From Ignavibacteria bacterium (GTDB lineage Bacteria; Bacteroidota; Ignavibacteria; Kapaibacteriales; UBA4661), in the NCBI GenBank assembly GCA_947459425.1, contig CANHDJ010000004.1, positions 26,220 to 90,219 of the forward strand: a DNA stretch of 64,000 nucleotides. The letters are read 5' to 3'. The translations under genes and the position numbers were made by a program. The notes under the pieces are model-generated. The model had not been told where the DNA came from. It made no database searches and worked only from the letters and a program-made list of their open reading frames with translations. This document shows positions 18,614 to 27,904 of this stretch, piece by piece; within the stretch, counting starts at the first letter, position 1, and the number at the start of each line of letters is the position of its first letter.

Positions 18614-19798
18614 ATGAGCCAATTCCATCAACCCACCAAACCCATCTCCTACGGTCGTCAAACCATCACCGACGCGGATATTGCGGCGGTGGTCGAAGTC
18701 CTGCAATCGGATTATTTAACGCAAGGTCCGAAACCGCAGGAATTTGAAGCTGCCTTTGCTGCGTATATTGGTTCCAAGTACGCTTCGGTGATGTCGAGTG
18801 GCGCGGCTGCCTTGCATCTATGCGCCCTTGCGCTTGGCGTAAAGCCCGGAGATAAGGTCATTACCACGCCTATCACCTTCACCTCTTCCGCAAATTGTGT
18901 GCGCTATTGTGGCGGCGACGTGGTTTTTTCTGATATTGACGAAAGCACGTATTTGCTGGATATTCACAAGGTTCGTCGGCTTTTAGAGGATACGCCCAAA
19001 GTTGAGCGGAGCGCCTACAAGGGCGTTGTGCCTGTTGATTTTGCTGGCTTGCCTGTGGATATGCAAGCGTGGCGCGAGTTGGCAGATGAGTTTGGCTTGT
19101 GGATTTTGGAAGACGCTTGCCATGCGCCGGGTGCTTCCTTCCTTGATAAACAAGGCGTGAAGCGCCGTGTGGGCGATGGCTCTCTTGCTGATCTCGCTAT
19201 TTTCTCGTTCCACCCCGTCAAGCATATCGCTACGGCAGAAGGCGGCGCTGTTACGACCAACAACCAACAATACCACGATGCCATTTGCCGTCTCCGAACG
19301 CACGGTATCACCCGCGACCCCGCTATTTTACAAGAGAATCACGGCGGTTGGTATTACGAAATGCACGAACTTGGCTATAATTACCGCCTGACCGATGTGC
19401 AAGCAGCATTAGGAATTGAGCAGGTAAAACGCGCCCCGCAAGGATTAGAGCGCCGGCGAGCAATTGCTCGCCGTTATGAAGAAGCATTTGCCGGAACACC
19501 TGTGACGGTGCGCCCTATGCCAGAGGGATTTCACCATGCTTACCATTTGTTTGTCGTAGAAGTCGAAAAGCGGCTTGAACTCTACAACTTCCTCCGCGAA
19601 CGAAAAATTTACGCACAAGTGCATTACATCCCTGTTCATTTGCAGCCATATTATCGTCAATTCGGCTGGAAGCGTGGCGATATGCCAGTGGCAGAGCGCT
19701 ATTACGATCATTGCCTAAGCCTCCCAATGTACCCTGCCCTTACGGCTGATGAGCAAGAATACGTGATTCGGCAAGTGTTGGAGTTTGTCGAGTCGTAA
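18614..19798 (+). CDS. pseC: DegT/DnrJ/EryC1-family aminotransferase, PseC-type (UDP-4-amino-4,6-dideoxy-N-acetyl-beta-L-altrosamine transaminase)
   Basis: ISYGRQTITDADIAAVVEVLQSDYLTQGP N-terminus. PLP-lysine context FSFHPVKHIATAEGG. YNYRLTD. 394 aa. Confidence 0.8.
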   Translation: MSQFHQPTKPISYGRQTITDADIAAVVEVLQSDYLTQGPKPQEFEAAFAAYIGSKYASVMSSGAAALHLCALALGVKPGDKVITTPITFTSSANCVRYCGGDVVFSDIDESTYLLDIHKVRRLLEDTPKVERSAYKGVVPVDFAGLPVDMQAWRELADEFGLWILEDACHAPGASFLDKQGVKRRVGDGSLADLAIFSFHPVKHIATAEGGAVTTNNQQYHDAICRLRTHGITRDPAILQENHGGWYYEMHELGYNYRLTDVQAALGIEQVKRAPQGLERRRAIARRYEEAFAGTPVTVRPMPEGFHHAYHLFVVEVEKRLELYNFLRERKIYAQVHYIPVHLQPYYRQFGWKRGDMPVAERYYDHCLSLPMYPALTADEQEYVIRQVLEFVES

Positions 19799-19851
19799 TT
19801 TGTGCGATTTATTCTATCACCGTCCATTTCGATACGATTCAAGGAAATACT

Positions 19852-20730
19852 ATGGTTATCGGCATTTGTGGCGCAGGAACGATGGGCGCAAGCATCGCTC
19901 AAGCCTGTTTACAAGCGGGTTTAAGTGTGGTTTTGTATGATGCTTACGATACGGCAAGAGCAAAAGCAGAGCGCTTTATTCGGGAAACCCTTGAAAAAGC
20001 TGTTAGCAAGGGCATTATCTCTGCATCGGCACAGAAGCAAGCGCTGGAGAAACTGCTTATCACCGATACCCTTGACTCCTTGCGCTCTTGTGGTATTGTC
20101 ATTGAAGCAATTATCGAACAAGCGGACATCAAACGCAGCCTTTATGAGGCTTTGGAGGGAATCGTGCCTTTGGAAACACTTATTGCTTCCAATACTTCGT
20201 CCATCTCCATTACCGCACTTGCCGCATCCATGCGCTATCCGGAGCGTTTTGCTGGATTGCATTTTTTCAATCCGGCGCATATTATGAAGCTCGTCGAGGT
20301 GATTAGCGGCATGAAAACTGCACCCGCGACGATTTCCGCACTCACAACCTTTGCTGAAACACTTGGTAAAACACCCGTAGAAGCCAAAGACGTACCGGGA
20401 TTTATCGTCAACCGCGTAGCACGAAATTACTACCTCGAAGCAATGCGAATAGCAATGGAAGGTGGGGCAACAATTCCACAAATTGATGGTTTGATGCGCT
20501 CTGTGGGCTTTAAAATGGGTCCGTTTGAGTTGGTAGATTTAATCGGTGTGGATGTGAATTTTGCTGTCACGATGTCCGTCTGGGAGCAGTATTTCCGCGA
20601 ACCACGCTTTGCGCCTGCACTCTTGCAAAAAGAGTACGTGGATGCCGGGCTTTGGGGCAAAAAAAGTGGCGAAGGATTCTACCGATACAACGACAAGGGC
20701 GAGAAAATTCTTCCAGACGAGACCCCGTGA
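19852..20730 (+). CDS. 3-hydroxybutyryl-CoA / 3-hydroxyacyl-CoA dehydrogenase
   Basis: MVIGICGAGTMGASIAQ, SNTSS, HFFNPAHIMKLVEV, GFIVNRV, GPFELVDLIGVD. Confidence 0.85.
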   Translation: MVIGICGAGTMGASIAQACLQAGLSVVLYDAYDTARAKAERFIRETLEKAVSKGIISASAQKQALEKLLITDTLDSLRSCGIVIEAIIEQADIKRSLYEALEGIVPLETLIASNTSSISITALAASMRYPERFAGLHFFNPAHIMKLVEVISGMKTAPATISALTTFAETLGKTPVEAKDVPGFIVNRVARNYYLEAMRIAMEGGATIPQIDGLMRSVGFKMGPFELVDLIGVDVNFAVTMSVWEQYFREPRFAPALLQKEYVDAGLWGKKSGEGFYRYNDKGEKILPDETP

Positions 20731-20798
20731 AAATGTAGGAAACAAGGGCGGCGAAAGGTCATTTTTGAAGACCTTTAGGACAAAATTGGCATGAGATT

Positions 20799-21878
20799 CT
20801 ATGCGCTCTTTGCCTCCGAGCCTGTTGAAGGATTGAGCATAAGATTCCGTGCCGCCTCCAAGACCCTTTCTGGCTGAACACTCCACATACACTCGTGCGT
20901 TCCCAAAGGACACGTGTTTGTGCCGTGTGGCGAGCAGGGACGGCACGCCAGCCCTGTGTTTTCTACCACCACTGACCGCGAACTTCGTGGCGCAAAGCCA
21001 AACGCCTGCACCGTCGGACCAAATACCGCCACCGTTGGGCAATCCACCAATGCCGCCAAATGCGCCGGAGCGCTGTCATTCCCCACCAGTACCGAAGCGC
21101 TTCTGAGCACTGCCAGCATTTCCGGCAACGAAGTTTTTCCGGCAAAGGATATGCAACCACTCTTTTCGGCAATGCGCTGGCACAAGGCTTCGTCCTCCTT
21201 TCCACCAAGCAACACGACACGCTTTCCTTCGTGTTGGAGTAATTCCGACAATCGTATAAAATGCTCCTCGCGCCAGCGCTTTGTCGCCCAGACCGAACCG
21301 GGGGCGCAAGCAACAAAGTCCCTTTCAATGCCATGTTCTTTAAGCAATGCTTTGGAAGCCTCACCAATACTTGCTGGTAAGACTATGCTTGGTGTAATGT
21401 GCGGAATATGCCCGCAGTCCTCGAATACGCCCAATAGTGCAACGTTGCGCTCAATTTCGTGGACGGGTTGGTATTCCACACGCTTGTTGTAGAGCCATGC
21501 AATGCTGTTTTTAGTAAAACCCACTGAATACTTCGCACCCAGAAGCCGCGCCAACAGCGTCGTCCGAAACGACCGATGCGGTGCAAGCACACAATCAACA
21601 CCGCTTTTTCGTAATTCTCCTGCCAAGCGCACTATCCCGCCGAAACCCTTGTGTTTACCGCGTTTGTCAAAAGCGACGACGCTTGTGAGAGCGGTGCAGT
21701 ATTGCGCAAACGTCGCCGCAATGGGCGTGGTGACAAGCGTGATGCGGGCTTCAGGATGCAAATGCCGCACGGCTTCCGCTAAATACAGCACAAGCGCAAC
21801 ATCGCCAATAAAGGCGGTTTGGAGAATAACGATATGATGGAAGTCTCTGAGGCGCATAATTACTGGGTTTTGAGCCAT
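20799..21878 (-). CDS. Glycosyltransferase family 9 (ADP-heptose:LPS heptosyltransferase-like)
   Basis: 359-aa ORF. IVILQTAFIGDVALV, KRW..EHF..L, GGKED, LVGNDSAPAHLAA, V.VFGPT. The alternative start M8 (21857) would remove the 19-nt overlap with the upstream gene. Confidence 0.8.
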   Translation of the reverse strand: MAQNPVIMRLRDFHHIVILQTAFIGDVALVLYLAEAVRHLHPEARITLVTTPIAATFAQYCTALTSVVAFDKRGKHKGFGGIVRLAGELRKSGVDCVLAPHRSFRTTLLARLLGAKYSVGFTKNSIAWLYNKRVEYQPVHEIERNVALLGVFEDCGHIPHITPSIVLPASIGEASKALLKEHGIERDFVACAPGSVWATKRWREEHFIRLSELLQHEGKRVVLLGGKEDEALCQRIAEKSGCISFAGKTSLPEMLAVLRSASVLVGNDSAPAHLAALVDCPTVAVFGPTVQAFGFAPRSSRSVVVENTGLACRPCSPHGTNTCPLGTHECMWSVQPERVLEAARNLMLNPSTGSEAKSA

Positions 21879-22870
21879 GATTGAATTACTGCCGCCACCG
21901 CTTCCGGCGTGAGCGCATCAATACACGCACAGGGCTTCCCGCCTGCACAGGCGCGGCAGTTTTTTTCTAGGGAAAGTACCGTTGCTTTTGTGCCTATCGG
22001 TTGCCATCGTGCGGGGTGCATGGGGCGAATGGGTGCGAACAGTCCTAACGTATTTTTACCCAGTGCCGATGCGATATGAAGTGGTCCCGTGCTGGAAGCA
22101 AGCAGCCCGTCGGCATTGGCGATAAGTGCAAGAAGCTCCGCAAGCGTGGTTGCGCCCGTGAGGTCTTGACCGCCGACTGCGAGAACTTCCTGCCGCAATC
22201 GTCGTATTTGCTTGCCTTCCGCCTCTGTTCCCGTGATAATGATATTGAACTGCTCCGCCGGAAGCAAGCGGCAAAGCTGCTCGTAGCGATTTTCGTGCCA
22301 TTCGGGAGCGCTGCCCTGCGATTTAGGATGGAAAATGAGGTTGAAGCGAGTGGAATCAAGCGCACTGCCCAGACGCTCTGGCAGTGCGGGAAGCCGTGTC
22401 AAACCGTAGTAGCGGGGAATATCAGGCAAGAGCGGGGTGGAGTCTGCCAGATGGCGAAGAAGTCCAAAGTTGAGTTCTGCTTCATGAAGCGGGGAATTTT
22501 TGCGGGAAAGCGGCACAAGGCGATTGCACGTAAGCCAGTGGTAGAGCCGATTTCGCGTTCCGATGCGCTCTTTGATGCCCGCTTTTTGTGCAAGACGCGC
22601 AACGTCTGGGCGCGGGAAAACGTGGATAATCGTATCAACTGCCAAGGCTTGTAAATGGCGTATCTGCTCATGTTCGGGCAGTTTTTCCAACATATTCCAA
22701 TTCACAACTTCGTCCACGTGTGCCGAAGACTGGACGATTGCTTGCGTGTACGCCGCACACAAAAATACAATGCGGCATCCGGGCAAATGCTCTTTCAGCC
22801 ATCCGGCTAGTGGAAGCGTCAGCACAACGTCGCCGATGCTATCGGTGCGAGAAAGAAGAATCGTTGCCAT
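21860..22870 (-). CDS. Glycosyltransferase family 9 (heptosyltransferase-like), second paralogue
   Basis: 336-aa ORF. ILLSRTDSIGDVVLTLP, HPKSQGSAPEW, ITGTEAE, ASSTGPLHIASALG. The start codon abuts the mnmG stop with a zero-nt gap. Confidence 0.8.
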   Translation of the reverse strand: MATILLSRTDSIGDVVLTLPLAGWLKEHLPGCRIVFLCAAYTQAIVQSSAHVDEVVNWNMLEKLPEHEQIRHLQALAVDTIIHVFPRPDVARLAQKAGIKERIGTRNRLYHWLTCNRLVPLSRKNSPLHEAELNFGLLRHLADSTPLLPDIPRYYGLTRLPALPERLGSALDSTRFNLIFHPKSQGSAPEWHENRYEQLCRLLPAEQFNIIITGTEAEGKQIRRLRQEVLAVGGQDLTGATTLAELLALIANADGLLASSTGPLHIASALGKNTLGLFAPIRPMHPARWQPIGTKATVLSLEKNCRACAGGKPCACIDALTPEAVAAVIQSWLKTQ

Positions 22871-24769
22871 TTAGCGCAAGTATAACGTCAGCACGGAAAT
22901 ATCTGCTGCCGACACGCCTTGTATGCGGGAAGCCTGTCCCAACGAATGCGGGCGGATGCGGGTGAGTTTCTGTCGTGCTTCGGTGGAGAGCGATTTTATC
23001 ACGCTGTAATCCAGCGCTTCGGGTATGCGTTTTTCTTCATTTGCCGCAAAGATGCTTATTTCCTTCATTTGGCGCTCAATGTAGCCGCTATATTTAATTT
23101 CAATTTCTGTCTGCTCCACAACGGCATCAAGTGTTTGTGTCTGCGAAGCCGTCATATCTTGTTGCCCGATATGCGCCGACCAATGCGCTTTGTCCAAAAG
23201 CGGCTTCAGTGCGAGTGTTGCACGCTTGGTAAGCTGCTCCACACTCGCAAACTCGCTTATCGGCGTTTCCTGCATTTCCGTTAAATACTCGTTGATTTCC
23301 GCCGGACGAAACCGCGTCACTCTTGCAAAATCAAGGGTTTGGCGAATCAGCTCCTCGCGTTCCTGCAAACGCTCGTATGTGGCGGAGTCAATCAAACCAA
23401 GCGTGTGTCCATGCCGCATCAAACGGCGGTCGGCATTGTCTTGACGCAACAGCAAGCGATACTCGGCGGCGGAGGTGAAAATGCGATATGGCTCTTCGGT
23501 GCTTTTGTTCACGAGGTCGTCAATCAGAACGCCGATATACGCTTCGGAGCGCTTGAGCGTAAATTCTTCTTCGCCACGCACCTTGCGAACGGCGTTTACA
23601 CCAGCGATAAAACCTTGCGTTGCGGCTTCTTCGTAGCCAGAGGTACCGTTAATTTGTCCCGCAAAAAACAGCCCCGAAATTGCCTTGGTTTCCAGCGAAA
23701 AACGGAGTTGAAAGGGAAAAAAGAAGTCGTATTCGACGGCGTACCCGGCGCGAAGCAATTCAACGTTTTCCAAACCCGGAATTGTGCGCAAGCCGCGCAA
23801 CTGCACGTCTTCCGGCAAACTTGTGGAATAGCCGTTCACATAGACGGAGTTCGTATTCAAGCCCTCCGGTTCCAAGACGAGATGATGCGAATCGCGCCCG
23901 GCAAAACGGTGGATTTTATCCTCGATGGAAGGGCAGTAGCGGGGTCCACTCCCCTGAATCCGTCCCGTGAACATGGGAGACTGCTCGAATCCTTCCCGCA
24001 AAATCTCATGCGTCCGGGTGCTGGTGTAGGTGCTGTAACAGACGATGCGATTCTGTACCGATGGGGTGCGGTGCGAGAAGGGAAGCGGCGGCTCGTCGCC
24101 TTCGGCAATTTCGGTTTTGCTGAGGTCGATGGATTCAAGCGCCACGCGGGGCGGCGTACCAGTTTTCAAGCGCCCTTTTTCCAAGCCGTAGCTGGTTAAA
24201 AGGTCGGAAATGCCCGTTGCGGCTTGTTCGCCGAAGCGCCCGCCGACGGTTTTGCACAAGCCTGTGTGCATTACGCCATTCAAAAATGTGCCGCCACACA
24301 GCACCACTGCTTGGCAACGGAGTTCTGAGCCATCGGCAAGTTTTACGCCCGTCACGCAATCTTTTGACACAACGATTTCCACCACCGAGCCTTGTATCAA
24401 AGCCAGATTCGGTGTAGATAGGACGAGTTCTTGAGCGTATTGCGGATAAAGGTCTTTGTCATTCTGCGAGCGCGGCGACCAAATTGCGGGACCTTTCGAG
24501 CGATTGAGCATTTTGAATTGCAAGCCGCTTCGGTCAGCAATCATGCCCATTACACCGCCAAGCGCATCCAATTCTTTAACCAAATGCCCTTTTGCCGAAC
24601 CGCCCACAGCAGGATTACAGGACAAACGCCCGATAGAATGCGTGTCCATAGACACCAGCGCTACTGTAAGCGGCTTTGTGCCTTGTTTGCCCATCGAAGC
24701 GGCGGCAACACTGGCTTCGATGCCAGCGTGTCCGCCGCCGATGACGATAATATCAAAAGTATTGTTCAT
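22871..24769 (-). CDS. mnmG: tRNA uridine-5-carboxymethylaminomethyl(34) synthesis enzyme MnmG (GidA)
   Basis: 632-aa [66 protein letters not shown]. Confidence 0.95.
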   Translation of the reverse strand: MNNTFDIIVIGGGHAGIEASVAAASMGKQGTKPLTVALVSMDTHSIGRLSCNPAVGGSAKGHLVKELDALGGVMGMIADRSGLQFKMLNRSKGPAIWSPRSQNDKDLYPQYAQELVLSTPNLALIQGSVVEIVVSKDCVTGVKLADGSELRCQAVVLCGGTFLNGVMHTGLCKTVGGRFGEQAATGISDLLTSYGLEKGRLKTGTPPRVALESIDLSKTEIAEGDEPPLPFSHRTPSVQNRIVCYSTYTSTRTHEILREGFEQSPMFTGRIQGSGPRYCPSIEDKIHRFAGRDSHHLVLEPEGLNTNSVYVNGYSTSLPEDVQLRGLRTIPGLENVELLRAGYAVEYDFFFPFQLRFSLETKAISGLFFAGQINGTSGYEEAATQGFIAGVNAVRKVRGEEEFTLKRSEAYIGVLIDDLVNKSTEEPYRIFTSAAEYRLLLRQDNADRRLMRHGHTLGLIDSATYERLQEREELIRQTLDFARVTRFRPAEINEYLTEMQETPISEFASVEQLTKRATLALKPLLDKAHWSAHIGQQDMTASQTQTLDAVVEQTEIEIKYSGYIERQMKEISIFAANEEKRIPEALDYSVIKSLSTEARQKLTRIRPHSLGQASRIQGVSAADISVLTLYLR

Positions 24770-24912
24770 GGTGAAATTCGGGAGAGGGAAAATGTAGAAG
24801 CAAGGTTTTGTGGGGATAGAATTGTTTGTCGTTCATGACTTTGGAACAAAGCAGCATACCGACCTGCTTACCAGATGTATCAACAACTCATGTTGAACAT
24901 TACTTTATGGTG

Positions 24913-25989
24913 TTATTTCTTGTCGGACTCCGGTACAACGCCTTCAGGCACATGGAATACTTCAGCAATAGCGGGCGATTGCTCGCCATTTAAAATAAAA
25001 ATCAAGTAATCTCCTGCTTCGACAATGGTCGAATCAGCGGGAACTTTGAGTAAGAAACGCTGTCCATCGTGAATCTTCACCATACCAATGGTGATGCAGC
25101 CGTATTGTTGTTTAATATCAAAAAAAACTTCGCCGTAGGTCTTGCCGGAATAAGGATTATTCGGAAGAACCTTGTATTCCTGCACATCGTAGTCGTTGTT
25201 CGTCAGTGCGTGCGATAGCAAGTCGTTGTTGAAACGTGCTACATCGGGTTCAAAAATGTAACTGGCAACAAGTTTGGCAGCTATATCATTCTTCGATAGT
25301 ACATACGTGACACCGGCACCAAAAAATGTTTCCTTCAATTGTGTCTGCTCCAGAACAACAAGAAATTTTGTCTCAGGATGAACTTGTTTGATGTTGAGAA
25401 TCGCAATCAGTTTGTCGGTGTCTTGCGGCACATTGAGAAAAACCAAGGATGCTTCGGCGATATTCACTTTTGCAAGACTTGGAATATGGTCGTATTGCGC
25501 GTAGAGTGCGAAGAAATTTTTCCGAGAAAAATTCTCGTACATTCCTTCTATCATATCTTTGTCATTAACAACCACAGCAACCTGCCGACCTGCTGCCAAA
25601 AGGCATTCAGCAACGGCTCGTGCGAAATTGTCCCAGCCGATAATCACAACGTGATTGTTGAACGAGGTTCCATTGTAACCCAGCATATATCGTTCCTGAA
25701 GTGAGTGAAACCAAGTGGAAAGAATACTGATGAGAAACCCTATCACACCAATACTACTAACCAGGAAAACCGCACCAACAATTTTCCCTGCTGTTGTCAC
25801 GGGGTACATATCGCCATAACCAACGGTGGTAAGAGTGACCAAAACATACCAAGCCGCATCGCCAAAACCTTTAATCAAGGCTTTGTCATGATGTTTTTCC
25901 ACCTCTACCAAAACAACAAACAAATGAATGTAGAGCGCTCCCAGTAGGACGAGCCAAATGAACTGTCGCTTTTTTAGCAGAGACAACAC
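24913..25989 (-). CDS. Two-TM potassium channel with cytoplasmic RCK (TrkA-N/TrkA-C) domains
   Basis: Selectivity filter TLTTVGYGDMYP between two hydrophobic helices. Then HVVIIGWDNFARAV, a Rossmann-like RCK segment. The start is a GTG at 25987-25989 (no in-frame ATG before the pore), supported by a strong SD. Confidence 0.8.
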   Translation of the reverse strand: MLSLLKKRQFIWLVLLGALYIHLFVVLVEVEKHHDKALIKGFGDAAWYVLVTLTTVGYGDMYPVTTAGKIVGAVFLVSSIGVIGFLISILSTWFHSLQERYMLGYNGTSFNNHVVIIGWDNFARAVAECLLAAGRQVAVVVNDKDMIEGMYENFSRKNFFALYAQYDHIPSLAKVNIAEASLVFLNVPQDTDKLIAILNIKQVHPETKFLVVLEQTQLKETFFGAGVTYVLSKNDIAAKLVASYIFEPDVARFNNDLLSHALTNNDYDVQEYKVLPNNPYSGKTYGEVFFDIKQQYGCITIGMVKIHDGQRFLLKVPADSTIVEAGDYLIFILNGEQSPAIAEVFHVPEGVVPESDKK

Positions 25990-25992
25990 GAG

Positions 25993-26002
25993 TCACCTCC
26001 TC
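25993..26002 (-). promoter_or_regulatory. Shine-Dalgarno GAGGAGGTGA, with GGAGG 6 nt upstream of the K+ channel GTG start
   Basis: The reverse complement of 25990-26002 reads gaggaggtgactc, followed by GTG TTG TCT. Most other starts I inspected in this window lack such a motif. Confidence 0.6.
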
Positions 26003-26025
26003 AATGTCTTGGTTTTTTATAAAAA

Positions 26026-27006
26026 TCACACCACTTCTTTCAAAAGCTGCTCAATAATCGCAACCGTTGAAACATTGTCCGCTTCCGCATTGAAGTTCGC
26101 AACGATGCGGTGCCGAAGCACTGGTGCAGCCACAGCGCGAACATCGTCCATATCGGGAGCAGTTTTGCCGAGTAAGGCGGCACGAGTTTTTGCGCCGAGA
26201 ATGAGGTATTGCGATGCTCTGGGACCCGCACCATAGCTGAGGAAATCCTTCACAATTTTCACCGTGTTTTTCTCCGATGGGCGCGTGGCGTGGACGAGTT
26301 TCACGGCAAATTCCACGACGTTATCCGCTACTGGCACCCTGCGCACCAAATCTTGATACTGCATGATTTCGGCAGCCGTCAAAACCGGCTTCACCTCTGG
26401 TTTGTAGCCCGATGTGGTATTTTTGACGATGTTCACTTCGTCTTGGAACGACGGATAATCCAGCCAAAGATTGAACATGAAACGGTCAAGTTGCGCCTCT
26501 GGAAGCGGGTATGTGCCTTCCTGCTCAATCGGATTTTGCGTGGCAAGCACGAAAAATGGCGTGTCGAGTTTGTAGGTCTGACCGCCCGCCGTTACGTTGC
26601 TTTCTTGCATTGCTTCCAAGAGAGCCGCTTGGGTTTTGGGCGGGGTACGGTTGATTTCGTCTGCCAGAACGATATTCGCAAAAATAGGTCCTTTGATGAA
26701 ACGGAAGTCTTTATGCCCCGTTGAGACGTTTTCTTCGATAATTTCCGTTCCCGTGATGTCACTGGGCATAAGGTCGGGGGTGAATTGGACGCGGTTGAAT
26801 TTGAGGTCGAGGGCATCAGCAAGGGTGCGGATAAGCAGTGTTTTCGCCAGTCCGGGAACACCGACAAGCAAGCAATGACCACGCGCAAAAAGCGTGATAA
26901 GAAGCTGCTCGACGATAGTTTCCTGTCCGACAATAACTTTGGCAATTTCGCTGCGAATAGATTTGACGCTGCCTGCGAGGTTTTCGATTGCTTTAAGGTC
27001 GCTCAT
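26026..27006 (-). CDS. MoxR-family AAA+ ATPase
   Basis: 326-aa ORF. VIVGQE..VEQLLI.L...GH.LL.GVPGLAKT (Walker A), RVQFTPDLMPSDITG, ILADEINR (Walker B), QNPIEQEGTYPLPEAQLDRF. Confidence 0.9.
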   Translation of the reverse strand: MSDLKAIENLAGSVKSIRSEIAKVIVGQETIVEQLLITLFARGHCLLVGVPGLAKTLLIRTLADALDLKFNRVQFTPDLMPSDITGTEIIEENVSTGHKDFRFIKGPIFANIVLADEINRTPPKTQAALLEAMQESNVTAGGQTYKLDTPFFVLATQNPIEQEGTYPLPEAQLDRFMFNLWLDYPSFQDEVNIVKNTTSGYKPEVKPVLTAAEIMQYQDLVRRVPVADNVVEFAVKLVHATRPSEKNTVKIVKDFLSYGAGPRASQYLILGAKTRAALLGKTAPDMDDVRAVAAPVLRHRIVANFNAEADNVSTVAIIEQLLKEVV

Positions 27007-27105
27007 GGTTGGGTTTGAGGATGTGAAAAGTTAGAGATTGTATTTTGTCAAATATACGGTAAACATGAGGGAAAATGCGTTGTCTTTTTGACGAAAAGAA
27101 CGTTG

Positions 27106-27481
27106 TTACCGTGCGCCCTTCAGCACCGTTTGTGCTTTGTATGGATGGTCGGGGTGAATTTTCAGTGTTTGCTCGTTCAAATCAACAACCAAGTCCATAT
27201 CGCCAAATGGAATTGCTCCCAAATGGCATTCCGCCTCGCCTGGAAGCACGATAGCGCGTGTGGTACATTGGCGATTACCGAAGCGGATATCTACGGGACC
27301 ACAGAATGTCCAAATCCAATTGCGCACGAACGCTTTCATTGATAGAAAGCATGATTGCGCCAGTATCCACGAGTGCTTGCACCGTGAGACGATGAACGTC
27401 TTTTGCTGCAAGTTTTTTCTTTCGATGAAACGCCAAGTCATCGGAATTGATAAGTTCAATTTTCGCTCTGAGTAAGCCCAT
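27106..27481 (-). pseudogene. Retropepsin-like (clan AA) aspartic protease gene, disrupted by a frameshift and probably an internal deletion
   Basis: Frame A (from ATG 27481): MGLLRAKIELINSDDLAFHRKKKLAAKDVHRLTVQALVDTGAIMLSINESVRAQLDLDI, then a stop at 27275. Frame B continues GPVDIRFGNRQCTTRAIVLPGEAECHLGAIPFGDMDLVVDLNEQTLKIHPDHP to 27106. The span is 376 nt, which is not a multiple of 3. The DTGA and LGAIP..DMDLVVD motifs lie in different frames. Confidence 0.55.
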
Positions 27482-27697
27482 CGGAGCCTCCGTGAAAATT
27501 ATGATACGCAAGTATTGGCAAAATGTTGAAGTTCCGCATCACAAAACAACGACAAAAATCACGACGAACAAAGAAGTTTTTTGTGCTGCCGAATCCGCAT
27601 TGCGCTTTGTGATGAAATTCCGTAGATTGCTGCGTTGAGTTTGCGTAGTTGAAAAAGAACCATCGTTTTCCCATTGTTCCACTTTTCTCTTTTCTCC

Positions 27698-27904
27698 ATG
27701 ACCGCAAAGCAAGAAATTACCGAGCTTTTGGAGCGCTTACCCGATGAGACGACACTAGAAGATATTCAATATCACCTCTACGTCCGCGAGAAGGTACAGC
27801 GCGGCTTGCGCGATGCCGATGAAGGGCGAACAATAACACAGGAAGAGGCAGAAAAGCGCATGAGTAAATGGCTGAATATCAGTACAAACTCTGCTCAGAT
27901 ATGA
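27698..27904 (+). CDS. Putative type II antitoxin (partner of the downstream ParE/RelE-like gene)
   Basis: MTAKQEITELLERLPDETTLEDIQYHLYVREKVQRGLRDADEGRTITQEEAEKRMSKWL. The stop TGA overlaps the toxin ATG (ATGA at 27901-27904). Confidence 0.6.
   Translation: MTAKQEITELLERLPDETTLEDIQYHLYVREKVQRGLRDADEGRTITQEEAEKRMSKWLNISTNSAQI

Noticed and set aside
23339-24199. Plus-strand ORF of 286 aa
   Set aside because: It is antisense to mnmG and has no motifs.
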